Positions 17,530-21,088 of a stretch of DNA of 21,088 nucleotides are shown piece by piece. The first letter of the stretch is position 1, and each line of letters opens with the position of its first letter. The position numbers and the translations under genes were made by a program. The notes beneath the pieces are model-generated. The model had not been told where the DNA came from and made no database searches. It saw nothing but the letters and a program-made list of their open reading frames with translations. This stretch comes from Cyanobacteria bacterium J06626_4 (lineage in GTDB: Bacteria > Cyanobacteriota > Cyanobacteriia > Phormidesmidales > Phormidesmidaceae), in assembly GCA_038523235.1 (NCBI GenBank), contig JBCBJQ010000102.1, forward strand, positions 1-21,088, written 5' to 3'.

Positions 17530-20500
17530 ATGACACTCTCTGCCAATCCTCTCCAGAACTTATTTCCAACAATCCCTAATTACACCCTGGCCGAGCAAAT
17601 TTATGCTGGTTCTCGTACGGCAGTCTATCGGGCGGTGCAAACGTCGCAACAGCGGCCGGTGGTCATCAAAGTGCTGCAGCGCGACTGTCCGAGTTTCAGC
17701 GAATTGGTGCAGTTTCGTAATCAATACGAGATCACTAAGAATCTCCCCATTCCGGGAATCGTCCAACCTTTAAGCTTAGAATCACTCGGCAGTGGCTATG
17801 CCTTAGTAATGGAAGACTGGGGGGGGATTGCCCTCAGTAAATATAGCCAGCACCAATCTCTAAATCTGGAGCAAATTTTAAAGATTGCGCTACAAATCGC
17901 GAGTATTCTGCATGATCTGTCTCAGCATCAGGTAATTCATAAAGATATCAAACCCGCCAATATTCTGATTCATCCTGAGTCTCATCAAGTTAGGCTGATT
18001 GACTTCAGTATTGCGTCACGACTGCCCAAAGAAACCCAGGAGATCCAAAGTCCTAACGTTCTCGAAGGCACGCTGGCGTATCTGGCGCCGGAACAAACTG
18101 GGCGGATGAATCGCGGCATTGACTACAGGGCGGATTTCTATGCTCTGGGCGTCACCCTTTATCAGCTGCTCACCGGTACCTTGCCGTTTATCTCTGACGA
18201 TCTCCTGGAGCTGATGCATTGCCACCTGGCTAAGCAGCCGCTACCAGTTGATCAGGTGCAGCCTGAGGTGCCTGCCCCGGTGGCGGCGATCGTGGCTAAA
18301 CTCATGGCTAAAAATGCTGAAGATCGCTATCAAAGCGCCCTCGGACTCCAGCATGATTTGCAGCACTGTCTCACCCAATGGGAAGCTACAGGAACGATCT
18401 CGACGTTTGAACTGGGCCAGCGAGATTTAAGCGATCGCTTCCTGATTCCGGAAAAACTTTATGGTCGTGAAGCCGAAATCCAGTCGCTATTAGAGGCTTT
18501 TGATCGGGTGGCCGATGGCGTTACCGAACTGATGCTAGTAGCGGGATTTTCAGGCATTGGCAAAACCGCCGTAATTAACGAAATTCACAAGCCGATTGTG
18601 CGTCAGCATGGCTATTTCATCAAAGGTAAATTTGACCAATTCAACCGCAACGTCCCGCTATCGGCTTTTGTGCAAGCCCTGCGAGATCTGATCGGGCAAC
18701 TGCTCTCAGAATCAGATGACCAGTTGCAACGCTGGAAAGCCAGAATTCTGGCAGCGGTGGGTGAGAATGGCCAAATCCTGACCGAAGTGATTCCAGACCT
18801 CGAACAGATTATCGGTCAACAACCCCCCGTTTCTGAGCTGACGGGGAGTGCCGCTCAAAATCGGTTTAACCGACTGTTCCAAAAGTTTATCGCCGTCTTT
18901 ACGACCGAGAAATATCCGCTGGTGCTGTTTCTCGATGATTTGCAGTGGGCCGATTTAGCGTCGCTGCAGTTGCTCAAGCTGTTGATGGATGATGATGGTC
19001 ATCTGCTGGTATTGGGGGCCTATCGAGATAACGAAGTCTCACCGGTTCATCCGTTCATCTTGACAGTTGAAGAACTCAAGCAAGCCTCAGCAGTTGTTAA
19101 TACGATCAGCCTGTCACCTCTCACTTTTGACGCGATCAATCGTTTGGTGGCTGATACCTTGCAGTGTTCACCTGAGCTGGCTCACCCCCTGACTCAACTT
19201 GTCAATGGCAAAACGCAGGGTAATCCCTTTTTTACCACCCAATTTCTCAAAGCGCTGAATGCCGAAGGTCATATTCGTTTTGAGCGCGATCTCTGCTCTT
19301 GGGAATGCGACATGACCCAAGTGAATGCGCTGGCGCTCACCGACGATGTCGTCGATTTTATGGCCAGACAGTTGCGAAAATTGCCTGCTGAGACCCGGCA
19401 GGTCTTGATGCTAGCCGCATGTATCGGCAACCAATTTGATCTCGATACGCTCGCAATCGTGTCAGAGCAATCACCCCAAACAACGGCAACAATGCTGTGG
19501 CCTGTGCTGCAAGTTGGCTTGATTATGCCAAAGAGCCGAGTTTACAAGTTCTTTCAGGGGATGGGGCAGGCTGATCCTCTCAGTTCGGTTAATCCCACCT
19601 ATCGATTTTTGCACGATCGCGTCCAACAAGCAGCTTACAAGCTCATTCCAGAAGACCAAAGGCAAATTACTCATTTGAGGATTGGGCGATCTCTGTTAGG
19701 CACTACGAAAACAGAAATGCTAGACAATCAAATATTCAATATTATCAATCAGTTAAATATAGGAATTGAGTTGATTGATGATAACCAAGAACGCATTGAA
19801 CTTGCCATTCTGAATTTAAAAGCTGCTGAAAAAGCTAAACAATCAATTGCATACTCCGCAGCAATTGCATATCTAAAATTAGGTATAAAACTTCTAGAAT
19901 GGGCAAGTTGGGATGATGAATACGACTTAAAGTTCACCTTTTATAAAGAATACTCAGAAGTCCAATTCTTGCAGGGTGACATAGAGCAATCAGAAAAAAT
20001 AGCATACGAAACCCTTGAACAAGCAAAATCAGTGGCGGATAAAGTAGCGATTTACAATATCCTTATTGTTCAACATACTGTGACAGCTAAATATGAAGAT
20101 GCTATCAATGAAGGGAAAATAGCCTTGGATTTATTAGGGGTTCAATGGCATGAAGAACATTTGTCTCAAGAACTTAACGATGAACTGAGATCTGTAAAAG
20201 ATAAGCTAGGAAGTCGCGACATCGCATCTCTAATTGATCTTCCAGAAATAGTAGATCTTGAACAAAGAAGTGTAATCAAAGTACTCCATAATCTATTGCC
20301 AGTAGCCTTCAGTGTTAATCAGAAGCTCTGGAGTGTGTTAGTGGTTAAAATGGTTGACTTCTCGCTACAACATGGTCACACATCAGAATGTTGTTTCGGT
20401 TACTCATTTTACGGTGTCCTGATTAGTTCAATTTTCGGAGACTATGAATCGGGCTATGAGTTCGGCGTTCTGTCTTTAAGACTAAGCCAACATTTTAATG

Positions 20501-21069
20501 ACTTAGCACAACAATCTAAGGCTTGCAATGTTCTGGCAGCATTTTTGCTGCACTGGAAAAAACATATTAGAAATTGTGAGGAAATTAATAATCAAGGGTA
20601 TGCAGCAGGTTTGGAGTCTGGACAGCTTCAATTTATTGGGTATATTACCTATAATCGAATTCTGAGTATTTTTCATTCAGGGAAAAATCTGGATGAATTA
20701 TCAAAAGAATTTTCTGATTACTTGCCTGTGCTTGAAAAGATTCAACATCATTATGCTTATGATATTACGATCGGAATTCAATTAGCTATATCAAACTTGG
20801 TTGCGCCAAATCGACAGATATTAGCTAGTCATCATCAAACAGATGAAGAGAAGTATCTTGAGAATTGCCGAAGCCAAAATAGCTTTCCTGCTATTTGTAT
20901 TTATCAGATACTTAAAGCTCAGGCTTTGTATCTTTTGGGATTTTCCAAGGACGCACTAAGATATATTCTGTCTTCTCAAGAAACACTCGATTTTATCGCT
21001 GGACATTTTGCAATCTCAGAGCATAACTACTATTACTTCCTCAGGAGCAGCATCGTCACAACAAGCTAA
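17530..21069 (+). CDS. K3: Ser/Thr kinase - STAND-type ATPase - helical region, 1179 aa; stops before GAF/HK (probable frameshift, possible pseudogene or split gene)
   Basis: Same kinase and ATPase motifs as K1 (HKDIKPAN, DFS, GFSGIGKT, DDLQWAD, GNPFF, FLHDR). Paralogue similarity is lost after HNYYY (~21036), and TAA occurs at 21067-21069. Confidence 0.85.
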   Translation: MTLSANPLQNLFPTIPNYTLAEQIYAGSRTAVYRAVQTSQQRPVVIKVLQRDCPSFSELVQFRNQYEITKNLPIPGIVQPLSLESLGSGYALVMEDWGGIALSKYSQHQSLNLEQILKIALQIASILHDLSQHQVIHKDIKPANILIHPESHQVRLIDFSIASRLPKETQEIQSPNVLEGTLAYLAPEQTGRMNRGIDYRADFYALGVTLYQLLTGTLPFISDDLLELMHCHLAKQPLPVDQVQPEVPAPVAAIVAKLMAKNAEDRYQSALGLQHDLQHCLTQWEATGTISTFELGQRDLSDRFLIPEKLYGREAEIQSLLEAFDRVADGVTELMLVAGFSGIGKTAVINEIHKPIVRQHGYFIKGKFDQFNRNVPLSAFVQALRDLIGQLLSESDDQLQRWKARILAAVGENGQILTEVIPDLEQIIGQQPPVSELTGSAAQNRFNRLFQKFIAVFTTEKYPLVLFLDDLQWADLASLQLLKLLMDDDGHLLVLGAYRDNEVSPVHPFILTVEELKQASAVVNTISLSPLTFDAINRLVADTLQCSPELAHPLTQLVNGKTQGNPFFTTQFLKALNAEGHIRFERDLCSWECDMTQVNALALTDDVVDFMARQLRKLPAETRQVLMLAACIGNQFDLDTLAIVSEQSPQTTATMLWPVLQVGLIMPKSRVYKFFQGMGQADPLSSVNPTYRFLHDRVQQAAYKLIPEDQRQITHLRIGRSLLGTTKTEMLDNQIFNIINQLNIGIELIDDNQERIELAILNLKAAEKAKQSIAYSAAIAYLKLGIKLLEWASWDDEYDLKFTFYKEYSEVQFLQGDIEQSEKIAYETLEQAKSVADKVAIYNILIVQHTVTAKYEDAINEGKIALDLLGVQWHEEHLSQELNDELRSVKDKLGSRDIASLIDLPEIVDLEQRSVIKVLHNLLPVAFSVNQKLWSVLVVKMVDFSLQHGHTSECCFGYSFYGVLISSIFGDYESGYEFGVLSLRLSQHFNDLAQQSKACNVLAAFLLHWKKHIRNCEEINNQGYAAGLESGQLQFIGYITYNRILSIFHSGKNLDELSKEFSDYLPVLEKIQHHYAYDITIGIQLAISNLVAPNRQILASHHQTDEEKYLENCRSQNSFPAICIYQILKAQALYLLGFSKDALRYILSSQETLDFIAGHFAISEHNYYYFLRSSIVTTS

Positions 21070-21088
21070 CAGCGATAGGGAGTAATAG

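Larger units (their letters stand above)
3062..18438. repeat. Dispersed HIP1 octamers GCGATCGC (about 20 copies)
   Basis: Seen at 3062, 4312, 4699, 5537, 6761, 6798, 10362, 10661, 10806, 11612, 12119, 13575, 14062, 14100, 15271, 15638, 15743, 16713, 17168 and 18431. Chance expectation is below 1 copy in 21 kb; HIP1 enrichment is a cyanobacterial hallmark. Confidence 0.9.

Noticed and set aside
5897..21069. Diversity-generating retroelement or CRISPR as the explanation for repeats and variation
   Set aside because: No reverse transcriptase, no template/variable pair with adenine-specific mismatches and no repeat-spacer array. K1/K3 differences are mostly synonymous changes at all bases.

Overview
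This is cyanobacterial chromosomal DNA: I counted about 20 perfect HIP1 octamers (GCGATCGC) by eye in 21 kb. The left 5.2 kb is ordinary: the 3' part of purF, two divergent family-2 glycosyltransferases separated by about 1 kb without a long ORF, and a TPR protein. The remaining 15.5 kb is a tandem array of three giant paralogues (K1, K2, K3) of the cyanobacterial HstK/COG3899-like type: Ser/Thr kinase, STAND-type P-loop ATPase, helical/TPR-like region, GAF, optional PAS, and histidine kinase. The main signal is that the array appears mosaic. K3 has a K1-like upstream region, kinase and ATPase (colinear at a constant 11,633-bp offset where checked), then switches at the HDR motif to a very AT-rich central module whose protein resembles K2's. 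K1's central module is also AT-rich, and module boundaries repeatedly fall on HIP1 or near-HIP1 sites. K3 ends prematurely, probably through a small frameshifting deletion. A nested-palindrome REP/MITE-like element of about 160 bp lies upstream of K1. All identities and GC values are manual spot counts, and no database searches were run.
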